Shown piece after piece: positions 19,107 through 28,458 of a stretch of 33,387 bases of DNA (positions are counted from its first letter, which is position 1; each line of letters opens with the position of its first letter). Origin of the DNA: Deltaproteobacteria bacterium (lineage in GTDB: Bacteria; Desulfobacterota; Desulfarculia; Adiutricales; Adiutricaceae); assembly GCA_031264015.1 (NCBI GenBank), contig JAISET010000169.1:1-33387 (forward strand). The letters are read 5' to 3'. The notes below the pieces were generated by a model, which saw nothing but the letters and a program-made list of their open reading frames with translations, was not told the DNA's origin and did no database searches. A program made the translations under genes and the position numbers.

Positions 19107-20810
19107 CTAGGCCGAGCGCGAGGGGGGCGGGCCGGCGAGACGGGCGACCAGGCCGGGCGCGCTTTGGGCGGTCACCCGGATGACCTTGCCGGCGCGGCCG
19201 TACTCGTGGAACTGACTGAAGCTCTCCGCCGAGGTGACGCGGACGTCCGGACGGCCGCCCATCAGATCCAAAAGGTCCTGTTTGGCCTGGTCCAGGTTGT
19301 AGGAGGGGTTGATTTTTCTGCTCTCGCCCAGGGTGGGGGCGCTCATCAGGCCGTGGTCGGTGTCGGCGTAGAGCTCGGCCTCGACGGTGGGCCTGGCCAG
19401 GGCGGCGCCCAGGGCGTTGGCGGTGGCGGCGCCGGCCGGGGCCGAGCAGGCCAGCCCCAGGGCCTCCCCGGCCAGGGGCGCCAGGGTCTCGGCGGGCCCG
19501 CCCAGAAAGACGGCCCTGTTCGGCTCCAGACGCCAGTCGACCAGAAAGTCGCCCACGGTGTAGACGGGCTGCTGGTTGATTCTCTCCAGAAAAAGTTTGA
19601 TCTCGTCAGCGAGCTTTTCCAGGACCGCCCCCACGCCCTGCCGGGCCAGGCCGACGGGGTCCCCGGGGGCGAGGAGCTCGAAGGCCCTGAGGCTGACCCG
19701 CGGGTCCCCCACGGCGCAGCGGCCCAGGGCGTTCAGGGCGTCGGTCAGCGTCGGAGGGCGCAGGCCCAGGTCGCCGGGGGCCAGGGCCAGGGCGGGGCCG
19801 CGGCGGACCGGCGCGGGGACGAGCCTGCCGTCGACCGGGGCCAGGTCGGTGTCGCCGCCCAGGGCGGCGGAGTGGGTCAGGAGCCCCTTGACCAGGGTGG
19901 GGCGCCCGGCGATGGTCAGGCCCTCGGAGGTCATCAGCGGCGACCCGCGGCTGAAGACGGCCAGGTCGGTGGAGGTGCCGCCCATGTCCACCATCAGGAC
20001 GTCCCCCGGATCGGGGGCCTCGGACGGGCCGGAGGCGTCGGAGAGGGCCCAGAGCCCCAGAAGGCTGGCCGCGGGCCCCGAGGTCAGGGCCAGAACCGGC
20101 CTGGCCCGGGCCGCCGCGAGGCCCATGACCCCGCCGTCGGACTTCAAAACGCAGACGGGGCAGCCCAGGCCCCTGGCCGCGGCCACCTCGCCAAGATCGT
20201 CCAGGAACCTGTCGTAGAGGCGCTTGACGGCGGCGTTCAGGACGGCGCCGCCCAGCCGCCTGGGGAAGTTCAGGCCGCCGAAGAGGGCGGAGGCGGACAT
20301 GACCGGGCCCGGGCAGACCTCCCGGCCCGCGGTCCGCATGACCTCCTCGAGGACGGTGTTCTTGGGCCCGAACTTGCTGCCCACCACCAGGGTGGCGGCG
20401 CCGCGCCCGACCAGGTCCGCGGCCGCCTCGCGGGCCAGCCGCGGGTCCAGGGCCTCGACGACGTGGCCGCGGTGGTCCTGCTGGGCCGGGAGCGCCCGGT
20501 AAAGGGGCCCCCAGGGCCCGGGGTCCAGCTCCAGCCCGGGCCCGCCGGTGGTCATGACGCCCACGGGGTCGGCCGCGCCGGTCAGAAGGCTGTTGAGGCC
20601 CAGGGTGGTGGAGACCGTCAGCCGCTTGAGGGAGGCCGCCCGGCCGCCGGTCAGAAGCTCGTCGAAGACCCGGGCGAGGCTCTCGATGACGCGCACCGAG
20701 GTCCTGGCCTTGGCCGCGTCCACTGGGCGGACCCCGGACTTGGTCTCCTCCAGCAGGACCGCGTCCGTGTGGGTGCCCCCGACATCAACGCCTAAAAACA
20801 CCTTGAACAC
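19107..20810 (-). CDS. hydantoinase/oxoprolinase-family protein (Hydant_A_N-type ATPase fold), GTG start
   Basis: FLGVDVGGTHTDAVLL N-terminal phosphate-binding motif, a second DMGGTSTDLAVF motif, 567 aa. Confidence 0.65.
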   Translation of the reverse strand: MFKVFLGVDVGGTHTDAVLLEETKSGVRPVDAAKARTSVRVIESLARVFDELLTGGRAASLKRLTVSTTLGLNSLLTGAADPVGVMTTGGPGLELDPGPWGPLYRALPAQQDHRGHVVEALDPRLAREAAADLVGRGAATLVVGSKFGPKNTVLEEVMRTAGREVCPGPVMSASALFGGLNFPRRLGGAVLNAAVKRLYDRFLDDLGEVAAARGLGCPVCVLKSDGGVMGLAAARARPVLALTSGPAASLLGLWALSDASGPSEAPDPGDVLMVDMGGTSTDLAVFSRGSPLMTSEGLTIAGRPTLVKGLLTHSAALGGDTDLAPVDGRLVPAPVRRGPALALAPGDLGLRPPTLTDALNALGRCAVGDPRVSLRAFELLAPGDPVGLARQGVGAVLEKLADEIKLFLERINQQPVYTVGDFLVDWRLEPNRAVFLGGPAETLAPLAGEALGLACSAPAGAATANALGAALARPTVEAELYADTDHGLMSAPTLGESRKINPSYNLDQAKQDLLDLMGGRPDVRVTSAESFSQFHEYGRAGKVIRVTAQSAPGLVARLAGPPPSRSA

Positions 20811-20939
20811 CTGCGCGCAGATTATGTGGTTTTGGAAAATAACGGGGTTTTCTAATTTTCAGCGGCCTTGTCAGCGGCCTTATTTGGCCATGAGGCTATA
20901 ATTTTGTCCAAATCCCCAAGAAATTATCGACCGCCCCCG

Positions 20940-21170
20940 TTTCCCGAAATCCGCGTTTCGCGGAAAATCAAAGGCCGCGGACGGCGACAACCCTGAAAAA
21001 TTACAATCCCCCCCCGGCCGCCGTCCGCGAAAACTCAACCGCGCGAACGCTCGAACATGCAGGCCGTCGGACAAAAATTCCGGCCGCCCGCGGCGCGGTC
21101 GTCAAAAACTTAAACTCCGGCCGCCGGGGCAAAATTCTGAACCCGCGGCGCCCCGCCAAAAATCAGCGGG
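20940..21170. repeat. about 8 degenerate 28-32-bp repeats, each starting with an A5-6 tract followed by GC-rich CCGGCCGCC-like sequence (phased A-tracts)
   Basis: aaaatcaaaggccgcgg / aaaaattacaatccccccccggccgcc / aaaactcaaccgcgcg / aaaaattccggccgcccgcgg / aaaaacttaaactccggccgccgggg / aaaattctgaacccgcggcgccccgcc / aaaaatcagcggg. Confidence 0.6.
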
Positions 21171-22119
21171 AGGCGCTCAGATAGTCGAACCTGAACTCCA
21201 TGGCCGGGTTGTCGCTGGCCCCCTGGAAAATGGCCGGGAGCGGCGGGAAGGCCGAGCGGTCGATGGCCTGCTGGACGGACTGGTCGAAGACCTCGTCCCC
21301 GCTGGAGCGCCGGACGTTCTTGCCGGCGATGCGGCCGTCCGGCTGGATGACTATGACCACGGTCACCTTGAGGTCGGGGCGCATGGACAGGGACGGGGGC
21401 ACCCAGTTGGCGCGGACTATCTCCCTGATGCGCGAGTAGTAGGCCATCCTCTCGGGGTCCAAAAGGACGCCCGTGTTGGAGCCGCTCTGGTTGGAGGAGG
21501 TGCCGTTGCCGAGCCCGCGGCTCTGGGCGATGTTGCCGACGGCGCTGTTGATGGCCTCGTCGGCGTTGTCGGCCTCGACCCGGCGGCGGATCTCGTCGAT
21601 GGACCTGTTGATGGAGGCCTGGGGGTTGGGCCTCTGGGCCCTGGGCTTGGGTTTGGGCGGCTCCTCGACGGGCTTGGGGGGCGGGGAGACTTTCGGGGGA
21701 GGCTCGGCCGCCTTGACCACGGGCTCGGGGACCGTCTCGGGGGGGCGCTCGCCGATGGGGATGGCCTCGGTGGGGGGAATGACGGGGGTGACCATCTGCT
21801 CGAGGGGGGTGGGCTGGGGGACGACCGGGTCGGTCCTGGGGAGCTCCACCACGTCGGGCCCGCGGTAGGACGGGTCGACGGGGGCGGGCGGCGCGGCCGG
21901 GGCCGGGGGCTCCAGCCCGCCCAGGAGCTGCACGGTCATGACCTCGAAGGGGAGCTCGCGGGGGGCGCCAAGGTTGAGCCAGCCGGGCACGAACAAGGAG
22001 CCGGCGAGCACCGCGGCGTGGAGCAGCACGGAGACCAGCAGCACGGGCAGAAGGTTCGCCTCCCCGGCCCCGACGGCCGGGTCGCTCCCGGGACGGTTGT
22101 CCAGCGGCGCGGGTCTCAT
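21163..22119 (-). CDS. tolA: TolA/TonB-family energy-transducing protein (N-terminal TM anchor, Pro-rich spacer, TonB-type C-terminal domain)
   Basis: TM helix LLPVLLVSVLLHAAVLAGSLFV. A long Pro/Glu/Lys-rich spacer (PVEEPPKPKPRAQ). The C-terminal domain ends ...AMEFRFDYLSASR. It lies downstream of tolQ/tolR. Confidence 0.7.
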   Translation of the reverse strand: MRPAPLDNRPGSDPAVGAGEANLLPVLLVSVLLHAAVLAGSLFVPGWLNLGAPRELPFEVMTVQLLGGLEPPAPAAPPAPVDPSYRGPDVVELPRTDPVVPQPTPLEQMVTPVIPPTEAIPIGERPPETVPEPVVKAAEPPPKVSPPPKPVEEPPKPKPRAQRPNPQASINRSIDEIRRRVEADNADEAINSAVGNIAQSRGLGNGTSSNQSGSNTGVLLDPERMAYYSRIREIVRANWVPPSLSMRPDLKVTVVIVIQPDGRIAGKNVRRSSGDEVFDQSVQQAIDRSAFPPLPAIFQGASDNPAMEFRFDYLSASR

Positions 22120-22313
22120 GTTCTCGCCTCCGGCGGGGAGCCGGTCGGCCCCGCGATTGTCTTGGTCGCTTTCATTATCTGGGGCCTCGTCCCGACGATC
22201 TTGCTCCCGATCTTGCTCCCGATCTTGTTCCCGATCTTGTTCCCGATCTTTTTCATGACGCCGAAAATAGTTATGTCCTTAGTCCTAACACCTAATTCTA
22301 ATCCTGACACCAA
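22116..22313 (-). CDS. small repeat-containing ORF (65 aa; KIGNKIGNKIGSKIGSKI) whose stop overlaps the tolA start (ATGA). Coding status uncertain.
   Basis: The 4-nt overlap geometry with tolA suggests translational coupling. The repeats come from a 12-bp tandem array. Confidence 0.3.
   Translation of the reverse strand: MVSGLELGVRTKDITIFGVMKKIGNKIGNKIGSKIGSKIVGTRPQIMKATKTIAGPTGSPPEART
22197..22256. repeat. 12-bp tandem repeat gatcttg(c/t)tccc, about 5 copies
   Basis: gatcttgctccc gatcttgctccc gatcttgttccc gatcttgttccc gatctttttcat. Confidence 0.85.
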
Positions 22314-22369
22314 ATCCCAATCTCTAATTCCAATCCAAAATCATCGTCCTAATCCCCATGACGACCGTC

Positions 22370-22810
22370 CTACCGCGGCGTCTGCTCGCGGCGGTCGGCG
22401 GGCTCGGTGACCAGGCCGACGTTGGTGATGCCGGCCTCGCGCAGGGCGCCCATGATGGAGGCCACCCGCCCGTAGGGGACGCTTTGGTCGGCCTTCAGGT
22501 ACAGGCTCTCGGTGCCCTTGACGCGCATGACCTGGCGCACCTGGGCGTCCAAATTGTCGATGCTGGCCAGGGTCGTGCCGTCAAGCACAACCCCGCCGTC
22601 GGCGGTCACCGTCAGCATGACCAGGGACGAGTCGGTGCTCATGACGTTGGCGTCGACCTTGGGCAGGTCCACCTCCAGGCCCTGGGTCATCATGGGGGCG
22701 GCCACCATGAAGATGATCAGAAGGACCAGCATGACGTCGACCATGGGGGTGACGTTGATCTCGCTCATCATGGAGCGCCCCTGGAAGGAGCCTCCGTTCC
22801 CTAAAGCCAT
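22370..22810 (-). CDS. tolR: TolR/ExbD-family biopolymer transport protein
   Basis: SEINVTPMVDVMLVLLIIFMV signature, 146 aa, directly downstream of tolQ. Confidence 0.85.
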   Translation of the reverse strand: MALGNGGSFQGRSMMSEINVTPMVDVMLVLLIIFMVAAPMMTQGLEVDLPKVDANVMSTDSSLVMLTVTADGGVVLDGTTLASIDNLDAQVRQVMRVKGTESLYLKADQSVPYGRVASIMGALREAGITNVGLVTEPADRREQTPR

Positions 22811-22811
22811 G

Positions 22812-23588
22812 TCAGAACCCCCCGCCGTCGGACTGTGAGGCCGGGGGCCTCTTCATCAGGTCGCGCTCGAGAATGTTTAAAAAGTCGCTGGTGAAGTTGG
22901 AGATGCGCGTCTCCAGGATCCTCAGGCGGCCGTTGAAATAATTGAAGAAGACGACCGCCGGGATGGCCGTGGCCAGGCCCGCCGCGGTGGCGATCAGGGC
23001 CTCGGAGATGCCGGGGGCCACGGCGGCCAGGTTGGCGGAGCCCCTGAGGCCGATCTCGTGGAAGGAGCCCATGATGCCCCAGACGGTGCCGAAAAGCCCT
23101 ATGAAGGGGGTGGCGTTGCCGCAGCTGGCCAGAAACGGCAGGAACTTGAAGAGCCTGGAGCTCTCGGCCGAGGCCGTCGAGCTCAAAGTCCGCTGGACGT
23201 TGACCAGGGCGGGCCCGGTCTCCAGCTTGGCCTTGTAGACGCGGTTGAGCTCCTGGTAGCCGTTTCTGAACACCTCGGCCAGCGGGGAGCCCGAGTAGTC
23301 CTGGGACTCCGCGTAGAGGGCGGCGAAGGTGCGGCTCTTCCAAAACTTGGAGAGAAACTTGTCCGACTGGCCGGAGGCCCTGGAGTACTGGACCAGCTTG
23401 ATCAGGACGATGGCCCAGGAGGTGACGCTGGCCAGCAGGAGTGTCAGCATGATGGCCTTGACCATGGGCCCCGCGGACATGACCATGGTCAGGATTTCGG
23501 ACTCCGCGGGGCCGCCGCCCAGGGTGACCTCGTTGACGGCCGTCGCGCCGGCCTGGCCCGCGAGGACCAGGATGGAGACAGGGGACAT
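22812..23588 (-). CDS. tolQ: TolQ/ExbB-family (MotA/TolQ/ExbB) proton channel protein
   Basis: Three-TM topology with the conserved GLFGTVWGIM and LIATAAGLATAIPAVVFFN segments. AAGGAAG RBS upstream of the ATG at 23588. Confidence 0.85.
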   Translation of the reverse strand: MSPVSILVLAGQAGATAVNEVTLGGGPAESEILTMVMSAGPMVKAIMLTLLLASVTSWAIVLIKLVQYSRASGQSDKFLSKFWKSRTFAALYAESQDYSGSPLAEVFRNGYQELNRVYKAKLETGPALVNVQRTLSSTASAESSRLFKFLPFLASCGNATPFIGLFGTVWGIMGSFHEIGLRGSANLAAVAPGISEALIATAAGLATAIPAVVFFNYFNGRLRILETRISNFTSDFLNILERDLMKRPPASQSDGGGF

Positions 23589-24379
23589 TAATTCTTCCTT
23601 GGCTATTCCGATAAAGTTAATTGACAGGCCGCCCCCCCCGCGAGGAGCCGCCCCGCCGACGCCTTGCGGGCCGGCCGATCCCGGGGGCGTCCGGCCGGAT
23701 GGCGGGCGCTCATGGTCAGCTGCGTATTATAGAGGATTGTCAGCCCAGCGTAAAGCAAATTTTTTCTATTTCCCCGGTACTTGCCCTAAAAGACCCCCAA
23801 ATCCTCTAAACTTACGCCCGGAACCGGCCCCCCCGCCCCGACATCCCCGCGACCGGACACCGGACCCAGCGGCGCGTCCCCCCCCCCAGCGGCCGGCCTC
23901 CCGGACCCTTGGTCGCAAGATGACCGGGGGGCCGCCCGAGACGAGGTGGGGGACGACCCGGACCTCCGGCCCGAAGACCCGGAGGATGATTTGCTCCGTC
24001 AGCGCCTCCTCCGGGCGGCCCCTGGCCGGGATCCCGCCCTTTTCAAGCAGGTGGAAAAGTCGCGGTGTTTGGCGGCCAGACTTACCCATAGTTAAAGAAG
24101 CCGACAAGATTATATCAAAAAAATTTTAGTTAATTTAGAATCTTATGCTATAAGTTCCTATGGCGAAGGGACATTTTCAGCGACGCGTTCCACCCCTCTC
24201 CAGTCCGAAATCAGGGGGCGGCATGAGAAAACCCTCCTCTTCCGGGCGGCAACCGCTGGGATTATTTGGGGCCGTTTAAATGATTGTTTGAAGATCGATT
24301 GATAAAACTATCAAAAAAATGCCCAAAGGCAGGTTAAGACTGTTTAAAGGCTGATCAAAGACTATGTAAAGTTTTGCCG

Positions 24380-25690
24380 ACTGGTTGTTCGCAGCTTGCC
24401 GGCCTGTTCAAAAGTTTCTTACAGACTGTAAGTATTCCATCAGTCGCGGTTGCCGCCCTGTTCAAAAGTTTCTTACAAACTGAAAGTATTCCAACAGACG
24501 CGGTTGCTGGCCGGCTGTCCGACCTGGTGTCGATTCGGTTGTCCAACGACATGTTCAAAGGCCATAGAGTGAATGTTTAAAAGACCATTATAAGCTGTCA
24601 AAGGTGTGTCTAAGTGTTTTAATAACATGTTTAACCTGTTCAAAAGTCTGTGAAAAAGTCCTCCCCGGGGCCGGGCGAGGGACCGCCGGCTTTATTTTGA
24701 CGCGAACCGGCCGGACGGGCACAAGTATGTTCGACAGCCTGTCAGTCAGGTGTCAAGAAGACTGTCGGCGCGGGTGTTCAGAAAGTTGTCGAGAGTCTTG
24801 TCCAGGAATAAGTTCAAAGGGCCGCGCGGAGGTTTGTTCAGAGGGGTGTCCAAGACATCGGCGGCAGGCGTGCGGAGCATGTTCATAAGTTGTTCGGGGT
24901 TGTTCGCAAACTGTTCACAAGGCTGTCAAGGCCTGTGTCGAAAGGGGTTGTTCAGACGGATGTCGCAAATATGGGATTAGAAAATCATTAAAATTATTTT
25001 CAGAGGCGCGTCAATGAGATGTTCGAAAGGTGTTCAGAGCCGGTTTATCAGGTGGTCGCGTCTGTTCGGAAGCTGTCGATTCAGCTGATGGCAGCCTGTT
25101 CATTTGCCTGTTTAAAAACGTCATTCTTCCATTCCGCTCGACTTCCCCCATCCCTGGAAGCGGTCATGTGATTGTCAGAGGCCGCTCGCAAAGCCGCCCT
25201 CTCTGGAACTCTTGAAATAGAACTTCACCAGCGGCAGTCTTTTCCAAGTTGTTCATAGAGTTGTTTAGTTTCTGTAATAACTATTGTTTAAGAGCTGTTT
25301 AATAATTGTTCAAATGATTTTGTCAACTGTTCAAAGGGTTGTCGAAAGATCGTCATTCTGGCGGGCAAAGGCCGAGCACCGTTCTTTCAAAGACGAACAG
25401 GTCTATCGGCCACAGTATGTTCGTCAGCTTGTCAATCTGCTGTCAAGACGAGTGTGGACTGGATTGTGCGGACTGATGCTGAGAATGTTGTTCATAGTGA
25501 TGTTAAAAGACTGTCTGGAGGAATGTTTAGCGTGGCGTCAACATCATGCGCGACAAACTGTTCAAACCCTGTTCATGGATGTTCACAGCCTGTTAAAATC
25601 TGTTTATTGGCTGTTCGGGGTTGTTCATAAACTGTTCAAAAGTCGGCAAGGTCCGGACTATTGTTCCGGCATCAGTTATTTGAAATGCTG
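24380..25690 (+). repeat. array A: about 1.3 kb of degenerate, single-orientation 10-12-bp repeats with core CTGTTCA(A/N)A. It includes a 54-56-bp tandem duplication at 24401-24510.
   Basis: Dozens of TGTTCA/TGTCRA cores about 11 bp apart, e.g. gcatgttcataagttgttcggggttgttcgcaaactgttcacaaggctgtcaaggcctgtgtcgaaaggggttgttcagacgg. Almost no reverse-orientation (TGAACA) copies. The plus-strand ORFs here arise because the motif lacks stop codons. Confidence 0.8.
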
Positions 25691-26046
25691 AAAATCCCTA
25701 AATAGTCAGTATAATGTGATGTTACTTCTTATATGTTCTCTTATTTTCCTAAACTTTAAATCTTCTTGTTTAAAAAAACGATAAACACATTTCTGTCTCT
25801 TTTGAAGGGATCTTAGAATAGAATGCGCTCTAGCATCAAGAGTTTCCTTATTTCTTATATGGGCCTGTGAATAAATTAGACATTGTATATAGTTATTTAT
25901 ATATTCTACATGGTTAATTTCTGGACTATAAGAAGGAAAATAATGCAGTTCAATAAACTAAAGACTGAAGGGCGTAGCCAGATCCTGGCAGGGGCGCCGA
26001 CTTTTTACGGTTTCGTCATCCATGCCGTTCCTGTTCCGCACCCGCT

Positions 26047-26715
26047 TCATGAAATTCTCCGCCAAATCTGCGGTTCGTAAGGACGCGGGGTGAATCCCTG
26101 GCATGCGGCATCGAACATATAGGCGGCCAGTCTCTGGAGGACAGCAACAGTTCTGTCCCATATGCACCATTTTGGCGCAAGGCTTTCACAGGATCCAAGT
26201 GTAATGTCCGCAAAATCATAGGGAAAAGGGCTGCCAATCTGCTTCAACATCTGTTGCAACACGGACATCTCATTTGAAAGCGGATAAATCTTGTCAAGAT
26301 CCTTCAATGCTTCGGCAGACTTTAAAGCTCCTATTCTTGAAGAAAAAATTGCCAGATCCACGTAATCCATCGTAGCGTTCCGCAAAAGGATGAGCGCGGA
26401 CTTGATTATGAGGATTTCGCGGTTGGTCGGAACGAAAACCTGCCTGCCGTCCTGCTCTACGGCTACGGTCTCGAGCGGAACGGTCCTTTTGAGTTCTTTG
26501 ATGCAAGTTTCGATGTTTCTAAAATTCACCACGTTGCGCATCGGGGAAATGAACAAGGACGGCTTGCAACCGATTATCGCATCGAACTTACTCATAATTA
26601 GGTCGCGGTCAGGATGAGCGCCCAGCGAGGCGGCAACATGAACGCCGTCTCCGATAACAGACTGTGACCTGCAAATTGCGCTCAGTACCGAGTCCCATTC
26701 AGGTATTTCTTTCAT
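26047..26715 (-). CDS. hypothetical protein (222 aa) in the low-GC island, immediately downstream of the nucleotidyltransferase-like gene
   Basis: Open frame with ATG at 26715, 4 nt after the upstream stop. Low GC. No recognisable motif. Confidence 0.4.
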   Translation of the reverse strand: MKEIPEWDSVLSAICRSQSVIGDGVHVAASLGAHPDRDLIMSKFDAIIGCKPSLFISPMRNVVNFRNIETCIKELKRTVPLETVAVEQDGRQVFVPTNREILIIKSALILLRNATMDYVDLAIFSSRIGALKSAEALKDLDKIYPLSNEMSVLQQMLKQIGSPFPYDFADITLGSCESLAPKWCIWDRTVAVLQRLAAYMFDAACQGFTPRPYEPQIWRRIS

Positions 26716-26719
26716 TGCT

Positions 26720-27211
26720 TTATCTGCTGATGAATTGTAATTTTCTGAACATGACTCCGAAAATCCAGTTGGGAACGTCATATTTTAAAGTCTCGGGCCA
26801 CACAAGGTTTCGATTGACGATGGCCACGCATTTACTTTTTATCATTTCTGGCGCCGTTACCGTAATAAATTTCATCCCGCGATGCTTAAAAGTAACTGTA
26901 TCCAAAGAAACCGATCTAGTCATTTGCTTGACGCTAGTTTTTACGCCAAGAAGCTGTCCAAGAATAGCTGAAGGAGAGGCTACGTAATTAGTTTTCCAAT
27001 CGCTGTTTGATTACAGTATATTCTGGATTTCATCGAAATTATGTTCCAACACCCGCATCGAATAATCTGCATCGTGAGACATGCGATGGCCCGCGTGAAG
27101 GATAACAGCGCATCCCCCTCCTAGTACGGCGCCAGGCACAAGCTCATGGAACCTGCAGGCCGCAGTCAGCATTTCGTCCCAGGTGGGTAGCGGTTTAGAA
27201 ATTCTGGACAT
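26720..27211 (-). pseudogene. AbiEii/AbiGii-type nucleotidyltransferase-family (toxin-like) gene interrupted by a single in-frame TAA at 27011-27013
   Basis: The N-terminal fragment (27011-27211) carries GAVLGGGCAVILHAGHRMSHDADYSM, matching the G-G-T-A-L-x-L-x-x-G-H-R-x-S-x-D-x-D motif of this family. The same frame reopens directly after the TAA and continues ...SNSDWKTNYVASPSAILGQLLGVKTSVKQMTRSVSLDTVTFKHRGMKFITVTAPEMIKSKCVAIVNRNLVWPETLKYDV. Confidence 0.5.
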
Positions 27212-27425
27212 AGCTCAACCAGAAGCGGTAGCGCTGACTAAAATAGATATCATTGTAGCTTTCTTTGCATATATGTTTAACACCGTCCTTGACTTTCTTA
27301 TCTCTGTGAACGGCTTCTCGCAGTTCTGCCCAGTCAACAAACTCTCCGTGGGAAATAATCTCGTCTATCGCTGACAGGCAGAATTCGGTTTCGGGAGTAA
27401 GATCAAGATTTCTGTGAATCATCAT
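27195..27425 (-). CDS. small protein (76 aa) overlapping the start of the nucleotidyltransferase-like gene by 17 nt. Possible cognate antitoxin/regulator.
   Basis: The TA-like overlap geometry supports pairing. There is no recognisable HTH motif, so the call is weak. Confidence 0.3.
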   Translation of the reverse strand: MMIHRNLDLTPETEFCLSAIDEIISHGEFVDWAELREAVHRDKKVKDGVKHICKESYNDIYFSQRYRFWLSYVQNF

Positions 27426-28357
27426 AACATGCCCGGGCGCGTCCTCCTTCTATGAATATAGACAAAACTATGAAACAAGCTCCAGACTTAAAACGTTCGA
27501 AGATTTCGAGCATGGTGCCCGAAAAAATCACTAAAAATATATCCGGTTTTTCATCGTAACGCAAGTGCTTGAAACGATTAAGCCATGCCGGAGAGACTTC
27601 TGAAACTTCATATCGGTGCCCCTTCCAGGAACTGGCTGCGTCCTTCAGACTTTAATCTGAGGAAGGCTTCGAACGAGGCTAGTGATACAAGATGTTCCAG
27701 CATGGTTGTTTGACACCCCAGTTTTTGTCGGCTATGATTCCACCCAGTTCTTCAGCGTTGACCTCTCGTTGACTTTTTACGGTTTCGTCCTGTGGGCCCG
27801 GCATCGGCAAACCGGGGTGACTGGACGAGGGTCCTGATGCGCCTCTGGAAGCAGTGGAAGAGGGCGAGGACCAGGTCCAGAAACCTGCAAACGCTAGGAA
27901 TCCACAGGATACAGGCGTGGACGTGGGCCAACACCCGTATGAGGTGCTGGTGCGCGGCATACAGCAGAGATTGGAGGGGCCCTGGAAAAAAGGGACGGCA
28001 AACTGACGGTGGTCAGTTGGCTGGCGGTCATTCTGAAAGCTAAAGTGCAAGTGGCTAATTTGGAACTCTACTTGTCAAACAAATGTTAAAATTGACATAT
28101 TTACCACTTTTAGCTTATAACATATTGAAAGTTTTAATATTTCATTTATAATTGCATATTAATGGCCGTTAGATTATGTTGACGACCATTTATATTAGTT
28201 TTTTAATCTGATTAAAGATTGCAAAAATATTTTTTCACTATTAGTTAATTTTCGAACGCTAAAATCATTTATTAAATTTCTAAATTTGCAAAATAATATA
28301 TTAAACTATGATTAGATATAAATATAAATATACATGGACAAACTGTCTTGTCAAAAA

Positions 28358-28458
28358 TTTATAGATTTTCAACGAATTCACTACTTTTGACAAGGATTTT
28401 TGGCAAGTTTTAGACAAATTGTCCTGGCAGTTTTAGGACAAAATGACTTGGTGTTAAC
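28358..28458 (+). repeat. about 100-bp element (copy 1) made of three tandem 23-bp iteron-like units (ttttgacaaggatttttggcaag / ttttagacaaattgtcctggcag / ttttaggacaaaatgacttggtg), preceded by about 280 bp of extremely AT-rich DNA
   Basis: About 94% identical to copy 2 at 32698-32798. Internal 23-bp periodicity read directly. Confidence 0.85.

Noticed and set aside
18341-19183. Possible gene(s) in the 680-bp GC-rich gap between the SPFH gene and the hydantoinase-family gene (ORFs 18341-19183 plus-strand and 18541-19059 minus-strand)
   Set aside because: Translations are Ala/Arg/Pro-rich with no coiled-coil (PspA-like) or other recognisable pattern. The gap could hold a promoter or a small gene, but nothing can be supported.
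16023-20795. Very long plus-strand ORFs (16023-18623 and 19017-20795) and the minus-strand 16180-18039
   Set aside because: They are antisense or out of frame to the SPFH operon and hydantoinase-family genes. Their translations are homopolymeric G/A/R/P runs with no domain signatures.
23621-24107. Small ORFs upstream of tolQ (23621-23809 plus-strand and 23766-24107 minus-strand)
   Set aside because: No RBS. The sequence is compositionally odd, with poly-C/G runs. Not the thioesterase (ybgC) expected upstream of tolQ. Insufficient evidence.
24374-25691. Plus-strand ORFs inside array A (e.g. 24604-24888 and 25284-25691) and the similar ORFs in array B (28400-29132)
   Set aside because: The CTGTTCAAAAG unit contains no stop codon in any plus-strand frame, so long ORFs arise trivially. 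There is no consistent periodic peptide, no RBS and no start context. Treated as non-coding.
27679-28050. 123-aa minus-strand ORF in the island's upstream region
   Set aside because: No motif, a local GC spike, and an overlapping plus-strand ORF of similar length. Could be real, but unsupported.
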